DNA from: an uncultured archaeon | GTDB lineage: Archaea > Iainarchaeota > Iainarchaeia > Iainarchaeales > JAAZKV01 | Assembly (NCBI GenBank): GCA_964551375.1 | Contig: CAZKBG010000001.1 | Coordinates: 360,001-392,000, forward strand | Direction of reading: 5' to 3' | DNA length: 32,000 nucleotides | Shown here: positions 8,256 to 15,583 of the stretch, piece after piece | How positions within the stretch are numbered: position 1 is the stretch's first letter | How the letters are laid out: the number at the start of each line of letters is the position of its first letter | Translations under genes and position numbers: made by a program | The notes under the pieces: model-generated | Told to the model about the DNA's origin: nothing | The model's database searches: none | The model's input: the letters and a program-made list of their open reading frames with translations, nothing else

Positions 8256-9695
8256 ATGGACTATAACGAAATTCCAAAGGCAGAGCTTGCAAAGCTTGAA
8301 AAGTTCTTTCTTGACAACAAGTTTGAGAAAAATGAAACCATAGTCCTTGAGAAAAATGAAAATTCCTTCCTTGTCCCAATAGCAAAAGAATCCACGATGG
8401 AATTTTTTGAGATGATTTTCAACAATGACGGCCCTTTTTGGAGCGCGTATAAAGAGCTTGGAATAGGAGAAATTCCTCAAAATCAGGAATATATTGCAGA
8501 AATATTTAAGCAGGCATATTTTTGCCGAAATATTGAGGAAAAATATATTTATCGCGACGGAATGAAGAAGCATTTTGAAATAATTAACGGAAGGCTTGAG
8601 AAAAAAACAAAAATAACTCTTGACAATATACTTAGGCTGTTAAGCGCGCCAATAGATAAAATTTCAATCACAAAATCAACTATTGTAAACGCTTTTAGGG
8701 TAAATGAAATCTTTTTAGATTTTGAAAATGAACTAAAAGAATCAATTGAAGCGGTAAAAACTGCGAATTTAAGACCGCTTGATGAAAAAGATGCAGCAGT
8801 ATTTCTATCTAAGGCAGTAAAAGTGATGAAATATTCATTCATCGCATCAATTGCAGAATCGCTTAAGTTAAAGCCAAACCCCTTAATTTTAAAAATTGCT
8901 CAAAATACTTGCGAATTTGTGCAAAAAATCAACTCAAACAAAGCAATTTTTGAAGAAACCTGCTTTTTAGGCGAAAATATTTATGATATTTCAGAAAAAA
9001 GAGCTGATGAAGAAAAATCACCCAAACAAATAATTCTTCCAAAAGAAAACTGGTTCATTTTAAGGGAAGCTGCAAAATTCGCATGCGCAAGATACCTTTA
9101 CGCTGAAAGAAAAGCATACCAAAATATTGCGGTAAAAAACGGCATGGGAAATGAAATATTTTATCTAAAAACACGAGAATTTATACCTGATTATTACGCT
9201 GATTATGCTGTAAAACCAAAGGTAGATTATAAAAAACTTGCAATAATTTCCATAGAAAGAAAAAAAGAATTTGAAAGCATAACTTCCCTTGCCCCAAAAA
9301 GAATCATTTACTCAACAAAATGGTTTTTTGATGAATTTGAATCAAATCCTGCCTCAAATTCAAAAAATACTTTAACAAACTTCATAGGAACCCCTGCGGG
9401 CGCGCCAACTGTTGCAACTGGAGAGTGCGCGTGGGTGAGGGGAAAAGAAGATATTCTAAAAGACTTTTCTGGAAAAATTATTATCACAAACTATTTTTCC
9501 CCAGATCTTGTGACTGCATATACTGGCATCCTTGGAGTGATAAGCAGCGTGGGCGGAGTGCTTTCTCACCCTGCGATTATTGCAAGAGAAAAACAAATTC
9601 CTTGTATTTTGCAGGTTGACGGACTGGAGTCAATTAAAGAAGGAACAAAACTTCAAATAGATGGAAAAAGCGGGAAAATCACAATTATTGGCTGA
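8256..9695 (+). CDS. PEP-utilising-enzyme mobile (phosphohistidine swivel) domain protein lacking an ATP-grasp/PPDK_N domain
   Basis: The C-terminal ~95 aa is GTPAGAPTVATGECAWV...GVISSVGGVLSHPAIIAREKQIPCILQV, which carries the G-G-x-x-S-H-x-A-I-x-A-R-E phosphohistidine motif. The preceding helical linker KENWFILREAAKFACARYLY..EIFYLKTREF resembles the linker of PpsA/rifampin-phosphotransferase-like proteins. No GGKxxxL nucleotide-binding N-terminus is present. Confidence 0.75.
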   Translation: MDYNEIPKAELAKLEKFFLDNKFEKNETIVLEKNENSFLVPIAKESTMEFFEMIFNNDGPFWSAYKELGIGEIPQNQEYIAEIFKQAYFCRNIEEKYIYRDGMKKHFEIINGRLEKKTKITLDNILRLLSAPIDKISITKSTIVNAFRVNEIFLDFENELKESIEAVKTANLRPLDEKDAAVFLSKAVKVMKYSFIASIAESLKLKPNPLILKIAQNTCEFVQKINSNKAIFEETCFLGENIYDISEKRADEEKSPKQIILPKENWFILREAAKFACARYLYAERKAYQNIAVKNGMGNEIFYLKTREFIPDYYADYAVKPKVDYKKLAIISIERKKEFESITSLAPKRIIYSTKWFFDEFESNPASNSKNTLTNFIGTPAGAPTVATGECAWVRGKEDILKDFSGKIIITNYFSPDLVTAYTGILGVISSVGGVLSHPAIIAREKQIPCILQVDGLESIKEGTKLQIDGKSGKITIIG

Positions 9696-9701
9696 CAAAA
9701 T

Positions 9702-10124
9702 TTATTTGTTTTCCAGAGGATAACCAAGAATAAAATTTGTTGGAGAAGAATATCTTGACGAGCCGTCGTTAAATATCACCTTTACGCGCCAATAGTAAAT
9801 CTTGTTCATCATAAGGCTTCCTCTTGGTATATCAGAGCGGTACCATCTCTCGCCCGCAAGAAGATTCTGCTGAATTTCTGAAGAATCCACTCTTTGAGAA
9901 TAAATAATATTATTAAAATCCGAATCAGAAGAAACTTCAACCACATAATAATTTGTGTCATTTGTCGCCCGCCACCCTATTGATTCAGGAGGCTTAAACA
10001 GTCTTGCCCCGTCCTGCGGAATTATTTGAAGATAATAAAATTTATTTTCAGGATTTGGAGAATAGCAACCAAAAGTAGCCACAAGAATTACAGCTATCGC
10101 ACAAATCAAAACCAATTTACGCAT
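9702..10124 (-). CDS. Small putative lipoprotein with beta-sandwich-like domain
   Basis: Signal peptide plus lipobox-like TFGC|YSP. The rest is beta-rich (WRATNDTNYYVVEVSSDSDF..YYWRVKV). No family recognised with confidence. Confidence 0.55.
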   Translation of the reverse strand: MRKLVLICAIAVILVATFGCYSPNPENKFYYLQIIPQDGARLFKPPESIGWRATNDTNYYVVEVSSDSDFNNIIYSQRVDSSEIQQNLLAGERWYRSDIPRGSLMMNKIYYWRVKVIFNDGSSRYSSPTNFILGYPLENK

Positions 10125-10196
10125 ATTATTATTTAATGGATTAAACGGCTATTTAATGGTTTTTAAAAGGAACAAAGATAGAAATTAGCTGTTTTT

Positions 10197-10802
10197 CTAC
10201 CAAGGACAATAAGCAATCCCGCAGGCAAAACTAATTATAGATTTTAATGAGAAGAAAAACAAAGCAATAATACTGTATAAAATAAAGCTCATAATGGCAA
10301 GCTCCCTTTCCTTAATTTTTGTAATCCCAAAAACAAGGATTGTGCCAAGATTGTTTGGAAGAGGCGCAGCAATCAAAATCCCGGCAAGCGAGAAGGAAAG
10401 ATATGGAATAAAAAGTTTTCCCAATCGATGGCTTAGCGCTCTATCCATCTTTTTCATATATCGATGCCCTTCAACCACTTTTAACTTCACGTGCAGCACC
10501 GACTTAATGAATCTAAAAATAAACAAATCAACAATCATCGCCCCAAGCCCCGCGCATATAGAAGCTACAAAAACATTTGAAGGAGCGGCGGTGATAAAAT
10601 ACCCCGCTGCAAACGGAGACAACAAGCCTAAGGAGAACAGCATCCCGCTAAGAAATGAGAAAAAATAATTCAACTGCCCAAGGCTTGCAATAAAATCAAC
10701 AAGTCCCTGATTCCAAAAAACAATGGTTGCAATAAAAATAAATGAAACCCACAAATAGAGCTTTGGGTACTTTAAATGAAACAAAACTTTGTCAGCGTTC
10801 AT
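10197..10802 (-). CDS. Polytopic membrane protein, paralog A of a tandem pair (possibly distant YqaA/DedA-VTT-like)
   Basis: Shares conserved blocks with the neighbouring gene: SLG..SPFA.GYF, AP.N.F, G.GA.I.DL.IFR.I, and A.PLP...G....G.TKIKE.E. The family assignment is a low-confidence guess. Confidence 0.65.
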   Translation of the reverse strand: MNADKVLFHLKYPKLYLWVSFIFIATIVFWNQGLVDFIASLGQLNYFFSFLSGMLFSLGLLSPFAAGYFITAAPSNVFVASICAGLGAMIVDLFIFRFIKSVLHVKLKVVEGHRYMKKMDRALSHRLGKLFIPYLSFSLAGILIAAPLPNNLGTILVFGITKIKERELAIMSFILYSIIALFFFSLKSIISFACGIAYCPW

Positions 10803-10867
10803 TAATTAAATACAAATCCAAAGTTTAAAATCCTGCCGATGAAACAGGAAACTCGATAAAATACTTC

Positions 10868-11485
10868 TCAAAGCATTAACAAAATTAAAATCCCAATTGT
10901 ATTGAATACAAAACTAATTACGCCTATTTCCCACTCCTTGATTTTTGTAACGCCCGCAAGGATAGTAATCCCCGCTTCATCAGGAAGAGGGGAGGCAATC
11001 AAAAATCCAGCAAAAGCAAGCGCAAGATAGCTTTTAATTTTCTTTCCGATTGTGTGATTGATTAAAGAGGAAAACTCTTTAAACAAATTTTCTCTTTTCA
11101 GCCGGTTAAACTCGTCAGCAAATGAAAACCTAATCACCCTAAAAATCAATAAATCGCTTATCAATGCTCCTGCCCCGCCTATAATAGCGGTTGTAAAAAT
11201 ATTTGCGGGCGCAAGGTTTAGAAAAAATCCTATCGCAAAAGGAGTGGTGAAACCAAACGAAAACAATAACCCTCCGAAAAATGCGCCAAGATAGCTGAAT
11301 TCCCCAAGACTGCTTACAAACAAATCAACCTGTGGAATGCTGAAAATAAAATATGCCGCAATTAACAGCAGTACAAAAAGCGAAAGCTTCCTGTATTTAA
11401 ATCTTGTAAGAATATTCTTCTTGAAAAAATGGCTGAATTTCTTTGCCTTGGCTGAGTAATTAATATTTTTATTACTTAACGGCAT
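10868..11485 (-). CDS. Polytopic membrane protein, paralog B of the tandem pair
   Basis: Carries the same blocks as 10197-10802 (SFGFTTPFAIGFF, APANIF, GGAGALISDLLIFRVI, ASPLPDEAGITILAGVTKIKEWE). The track start 11503 is a TTG. The first ATG is at 11485 and a TATA-like TTATATAAATT lies just upstream, so the start is uncertain. Confidence 0.65.
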   Translation of the reverse strand: MPLSNKNINYSAKAKKFSHFFKKNILTRFKYRKLSLFVLLLIAAYFIFSIPQVDLFVSSLGEFSYLGAFFGGLLFSFGFTTPFAIGFFLNLAPANIFTTAIIGGAGALISDLLIFRVIRFSFADEFNRLKRENLFKEFSSLINHTIGKKIKSYLALAFAGFLIASPLPDEAGITILAGVTKIKEWEIGVISFVFNTIGILILLML

Positions 11486-11582
11486 ATGGGTAATTATGCA
11501 CAAAGCCTTATATAAATTAAAGCATTAATCACCGGCAAAACGCCATCAAATTGGTTTAAAACAGCCAAATCAAAATGAATTC

Positions 11583-12911
11583 ATGCTGCTCCAAAAACTT
11601 CAAAAACTCGGCATGGCTGCTTCATTTGATTCATGCGGAGGAACAAAAGAAAAGAGCTATCGCGAATATGGAATACCACAAGAGTATCAAAACTTCATAT
11701 ACAACTGCACCCAGACAAGCGAAAATACTTTTGCAGGACAAATCAAGAATGCAAGATATCGGCACAGAGCAGACCCACAAAAAAATCTTTATGAAAAATC
11801 AACTATTAGCAGGGATGAAAAAGAAGAACTGAAAAAACAAATGCCTGCAGGAATGCAAAACAGGCTTGGAAAATGCCTCTTAATGAAAGTATTGGCTGAT
11901 AATACCTGCGTGCATGACTGCAAGTACTGTGTTAATACAACCTGCAAAGAGAAATTGTCCCTTGAGCCAAAAGAACTTGCCGACTCCTTTATTTATCTTC
12001 ACAACAAAGGATTTGTCACAGGATTATTTTTGAGCAGCGCGGTCCACAAAAGCCCGCAAGAAAGCACTGAAAGAATGATTAACGGGGCAAAAATGATAAG
12101 AGAACGAGGATACACAGGATACATACACGCAAAGGTGCTTCCTGAAACCCCTGATTATTTAATTCGCGAACTGGCTCTTTATTCAAATAGACTTTCAGTA
12201 AATTTAGAAAGCGCGACAACTCAAGGAATGGAAGAACTCACTACAACAAAAAGCTACCAAAGCGGAATACTAAAAAAATTAAGAACTCTTGACTCAATCC
12301 AGCGCGAAAGCAACAGAGAAAATCCAAAAACATTCGGATGGTTCTGCGACTCTGAAGGAATAAATAACGGAGAAGACTTAAGACTAAAATCATTCACCAC
12401 CCAAATAATTGTCGGAGCAAATGAAGAAAACGACCTTGATATTCTAAACAGAATGGACTCGCTTTATGAAGAGACCTCCTTGTACCGAACATACTTTTCA
12501 GCATTCACCCCTGTTGAAGGCACGTGCTTATCCAAAAAAACTCCTGAAAATAAAACACGCGAGCACAGATTGTATGAAACTGACTGGCTTATGAGAATAT
12601 ATGGATTTGACAAAAAGCTAATCACTTCAGGACTTAACGAGAATAATTTTCTCCCAACAGCGCAGGACGTAAAGCAATCAATTGCAATAGCAAATAAACA
12701 TCTCTTCCCGCTTGACTTAAACTCTTCCACTCGCGAAGAACTCATGCTTGTCCCAGGATTTGGGCCAAAAACAGCTGACAAGATAATTCAAGTCCGCGAG
12801 GAAAAGAAAATAAAAGAATTAAGCGATTTAATGGATTTTGGCATTCGAGTTGGGAAAGCAAAAACTTACTTAAATATTGAAGGAAAACAAACAAATCTAT
12901 ACAGCTACTGA
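11583..12911 (+). CDS. Radical SAM protein of the putative DNA modification/repair type, with C-terminal helix-hairpin-helix
   Basis: CxxxCxxC cluster CVHDCKYC. The N-terminal KLQKLGMAASFDSCG resembles the characteristic start of the 'putative DNA modification/repair radical SAM' family (recalled as TIGR03916). The C-terminal HhH is LMLVPGFGPKTADKIIQV. Confidence 0.75.
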   Translation: MLLQKLQKLGMAASFDSCGGTKEKSYREYGIPQEYQNFIYNCTQTSENTFAGQIKNARYRHRADPQKNLYEKSTISRDEKEELKKQMPAGMQNRLGKCLLMKVLADNTCVHDCKYCVNTTCKEKLSLEPKELADSFIYLHNKGFVTGLFLSSAVHKSPQESTERMINGAKMIRERGYTGYIHAKVLPETPDYLIRELALYSNRLSVNLESATTQGMEELTTTKSYQSGILKKLRTLDSIQRESNRENPKTFGWFCDSEGINNGEDLRLKSFTTQIIVGANEENDLDILNRMDSLYEETSLYRTYFSAFTPVEGTCLSKKTPENKTREHRLYETDWLMRIYGFDKKLITSGLNENNFLPTAQDVKQSIAIANKHLFPLDLNSSTREELMLVPGFGPKTADKIIQVREEKKIKELSDLMDFGIRVGKAKTYLNIEGKQTNLYSY

Positions 12912-13336
12912 TTGGTATAAAAGAGAAAACGAAGTGAGGGTAATTCCAAGCAAAATCTCGCCAAAAGCAAACCTTGCCGCAGGAGGCGGGTTGAGATGAA
13001 TGGTAAACGAGCTTTAAACCATGCTTAAACTAGGATAAACGCAAATCTAAGCGGTTGTGAACTAATTTTCAAAAAAATCCACTAATGGCAATCTTTAAAT
13101 AGGGTAATGACAGAATATACTTGTTTTAGAATGAAAAAAGCTTAGGTAGCTGGACAAGTTCCAAGCAATAAGACCAAGCGTTAGACTAATTTGACAAAAA
13201 ATAGTCGAAAAATAATTCAAAAACTAAAAAGAAAAAAGCCGTCTTTAAGGCATAAATGCAAAATTGCAAAAAAATATACAAATAATGTCAAATATTACGG
13301 ATTTTTCTTTACACACAAAAAATATGAGATGATAAA

Positions 13337-14974
13337 ATGAATAATAACAAAGAATTTAACGAAAAAACAAATTATGAAAAAAAAGAATTTAAACCGCACA
13401 ACGGCGGAAGAGAAAGAAGAGAATTTAGCGATAGACGCGGTCCTCCACGAAGAGAAGGAAACTTTAGAGACTCACGCGGAGCTCAAGTTCACTCATTCTT
13501 AGGCGCAAAAAGCGGAGACTACTTTGTAGGAACTGTAAAAATTGTAAGAAAAGCAAAGCCAGGGCCGGTAGTGTTCTCAGTAAGCGACGGATACATGCAA
13601 ATGGACGCAGTAGTAATTGACTCTGCATACGAAACAAACGATGTTGTTGAACTAACCGGAAAGGTTAACGAAAGAGCAGGAAAAATGCAAATCGAAATAG
13701 ACAACATGAAAAAAGTAAACTTTGACTTTGACAAAATCCTAACAGAAAAATCAAAGCCAATTGAAAGGCCATTTTCAATAAAATCCGACAGAATGAACAA
13801 AATGAGACCTCGAATGCTCCAAATCGCACACCGAATTCGAAAAGCTGTTCTTGACGGCGAAGCAATAATAATCCGCCACCACGCGGACACTGATGGAATA
13901 TCATCAGGAATGGCAATACAGCACGCTGTAAGAAAAATGATGGACAAAGTTGGAGTAAACCACTCATACAACTTATACAGAAGCCCAAGCAAGGCGCCGT
14001 TTTATGAAACAACAGACATGCTTCATGATATAACTCTTGCAAAGAGAATGGTGAATGACTTCGGACAAAAAAAGCCAATCATAATTATAATTGATAACGG
14101 CTCCACTCCAGAAGACGCATTCGCGCACAAAACACTTCACTCACTTGGATATGAAGTAATCGTAATCGACCACCACAATCCAGTAATAATGAACAAAGAC
14201 GGAACAACATCAGTGTGCAAATACTTGTCACTGCATTTAAATCCGTACATGTTCGGACTTGATGGCAAAACATGCGCAGGAATGCTTGCATACGAAATTG
14301 GAAGAATGATTAATGAAGAATATGACGAGCCATTAATCCCGGCAGTATCAGGAATCTCGGACAGATGCGATATACCTGAAACACAGGAATATATAAAAAA
14401 CACTGGAAAAACTGTTGCAGAACTAACTGATATAGGAATAGCAATTGATTTTGCATCCTATAACTTAAAGTTCGCAAGCGGAGAAGGACTTTACGAAGAA
14501 TTGTTCTCTAACCCAGTAATGGTTGAAACAATGAAACATGAAGTTACAAAAGGAATGGAAACACAAATGCAAAGCACACTTCCTTATGTAAAGACACAGG
14601 AAATCAATAATGTGATATTTTCTCACATAGATCTTGAGAAATACACATTGAGATTCAAGTACCCGACTCCTGGAAAAGTAATTGGAATGATTCATGACAC
14701 AATTGCTGAAGGAAAAGACCAGCACGCAGTGTTTAGTATCGGATACGTATCCGACATGATAATCATAAGAGCAACAAAACCAGTGCTCCCAGTAGCGACA
14801 GTAATTGCTCACTTGAGAAAAACAATGCCAAAAGCAAGCGTTGATGGCGGAGGACACGAATGCGCAGGAACAATCAAATTTGTAAGCGCGCACTTAAATG
14901 ATGTAATAGAAAACATCAAAGAACAGATAAAAAATCTGCCACCATACGACCCTGAAACGTTTGAAAAGAAGTAA
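13337..14974 (+). CDS. RecJ/GAN-like DHH-DHHA1 phosphoesterase (ssDNA/RNA exonuclease type) with N-terminal OB fold and basic disordered tail
   Basis: DHH motifs are HHADTDGISS, IIIIDNGS and VIVIDHHNP. The DHHA1 motif is VDGGGHECAGT. An OB-like segment (FVGTVKIVRK...VELTGKVNERAGKMQIEIDNM) precedes the catalytic core. The first ~45 aa are K/R/E-rich (GGRERREFSDRRGPPRREGNFRDSRG). Confidence 0.8.
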   Translation: MNNNKEFNEKTNYEKKEFKPHNGGRERREFSDRRGPPRREGNFRDSRGAQVHSFLGAKSGDYFVGTVKIVRKAKPGPVVFSVSDGYMQMDAVVIDSAYETNDVVELTGKVNERAGKMQIEIDNMKKVNFDFDKILTEKSKPIERPFSIKSDRMNKMRPRMLQIAHRIRKAVLDGEAIIIRHHADTDGISSGMAIQHAVRKMMDKVGVNHSYNLYRSPSKAPFYETTDMLHDITLAKRMVNDFGQKKPIIIIIDNGSTPEDAFAHKTLHSLGYEVIVIDHHNPVIMNKDGTTSVCKYLSLHLNPYMFGLDGKTCAGMLAYEIGRMINEEYDEPLIPAVSGISDRCDIPETQEYIKNTGKTVAELTDIGIAIDFASYNLKFASGEGLYEELFSNPVMVETMKHEVTKGMETQMQSTLPYVKTQEINNVIFSHIDLEKYTLRFKYPTPGKVIGMIHDTIAEGKDQHAVFSIGYVSDMIIIRATKPVLPVATVIAHLRKTMPKASVDGGGHECAGTIKFVSAHLNDVIENIKEQIKNLPPYDPETFEKK

Positions 14975-14984
14975 ATAAATATTT

Positions 14985-15007
14985 TGTGAAGGAAAAAAGC
15001 CTTCACA
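14985..15007. terminator. Hairpin between convergent genes (possible bidirectional terminator)
   Basis: TGTGAAGG (14985-14992) pairs perfectly with CCTTCACA (15000-15007) across a 7-nt loop AAAAAAG. It is flanked by T/A-rich runs and sits 11 nt after the RecJ-like stop. Confidence 0.5.
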
Positions 15008-15044
15008 ATTTAACTATTTTAAAAGAATTAAGATTAGACTTAAC

Positions 15045-15242
15045 TTATTCTTCGCCAATCTTTGGCTTCTTCATGCCGTCGGTTTTTGGACAAGTTCGGC
15101 ACATAGAGTTCATTAAACTTGGCTCTTCTGGACAATCAGGATAAAGTCCTTTACACTTAGGGAATTCCCCCGCTCCGACTATTTCAGCCTCATTATTTGA
15201 CTTAAACTTCTGTTTAGAATAATAATTCAAGCTTCCGCCCAT
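15045..15242 (-). CDS. Small 4-Cys protein (possible zinc-knuckle/ribbon)
   Basis: 65 aa from ATG 15242 (the track start 15254 is a TTG). The Cys pattern is CKGLYPDC ... CRTC. No family recognised, and being short it could be non-coding. Confidence 0.35.
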   Translation of the reverse strand: MGGSLNYYSKQKFKSNNEAEIVGAGEFPKCKGLYPDCPEEPSLMNSMCRTCPKTDGMKKPKIGEE

Positions 15243-15324
15243 AACATCACACAATACTTAGCCAATAACGGCTATAACAACCTTTCTAACACTGCCAATA
15301 ATTAAAAACAAAACGCTACGATAA

Positions 15325-15567
15325 ATGAGTATGGCTTTTAGCGAAATGCTTTGGATGACAAAAACCAAAATCTTCATCCTAATAATAATACTAATCCTTT
15401 GCGCGCCCTTCTACTACGGATACGGATGCATAAACGGGGTGTGTGCCATTGCAGAAGCCTGCAACTGCGGATTCCAGCCAGCAAACTTCTTCACAGTATT
15501 CATAATATCCTTTATCTTGGCAGGGTTTATTGGAGAAGTAGTGCAAATGTTTACTAAGAAAAAATAA
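15325..15567 (+). CDS. Small two-TM membrane protein with Cys-rich loop
   Basis: Two hydrophobic helices (IFILIIILILCAPFYY and FFTVFIISFILAGFIG) flank GCINGVCAIAEACNCG. The overlapping alternative-frame ORF (15351-15557) looks less protein-like. Confidence 0.4.
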   Translation: MSMAFSEMLWMTKTKIFILIIILILCAPFYYGYGCINGVCAIAEACNCGFQPANFFTVFIISFILAGFIGEVVQMFTKKK

Positions 15568-15583
15568 AAGTAAAAGTTCCTTT

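Noticed and set aside
6517-8842. Series of minus-strand ORFs (6517-6936, 6846-7196, 7193-7381, 7209-7436, 7449-7820, 7863-8129, 8190-8573, 8549-8842)
   Set aside because: All are antisense to the coupled three-gene + strand operon. They overlap one another in different frames and have Phe/Ser/Ile-rich composition typical of antisense reading of AT-rich coding DNA.
11575-11832. 85-aa + strand ORF overlapping the start of the radical SAM gene in another frame
   Set aside because: The 442-aa frame carries the family-like N-terminus and the CxxxCxxC cluster. The alternative frame has no features.
12912-13336. The long spacer considered as a replication origin (repeated TTCCAAGCAA and AGGGTAAT as ORB-like boxes, A-rich stretch as DUE)
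   Set aside because: There are only two short direct repeats, of a length that can arise by chance in AT-rich DNA. No inverted ORB pair and no adjacent orc1/cdc6 gene are present. It is kept only as an unexplained non-coding gap.
13519-15006. Six minus-strand ORFs inside and just past the RecJ-like gene (13519-13992, 13665-14078, 14085-14291, 14137-14403, 14465-14893, 14809-15006)
   Set aside because: They are antisense to a CDS with complete DHH/DHHA1 motifs and overlap each other. The last one runs through the terminator hairpin.
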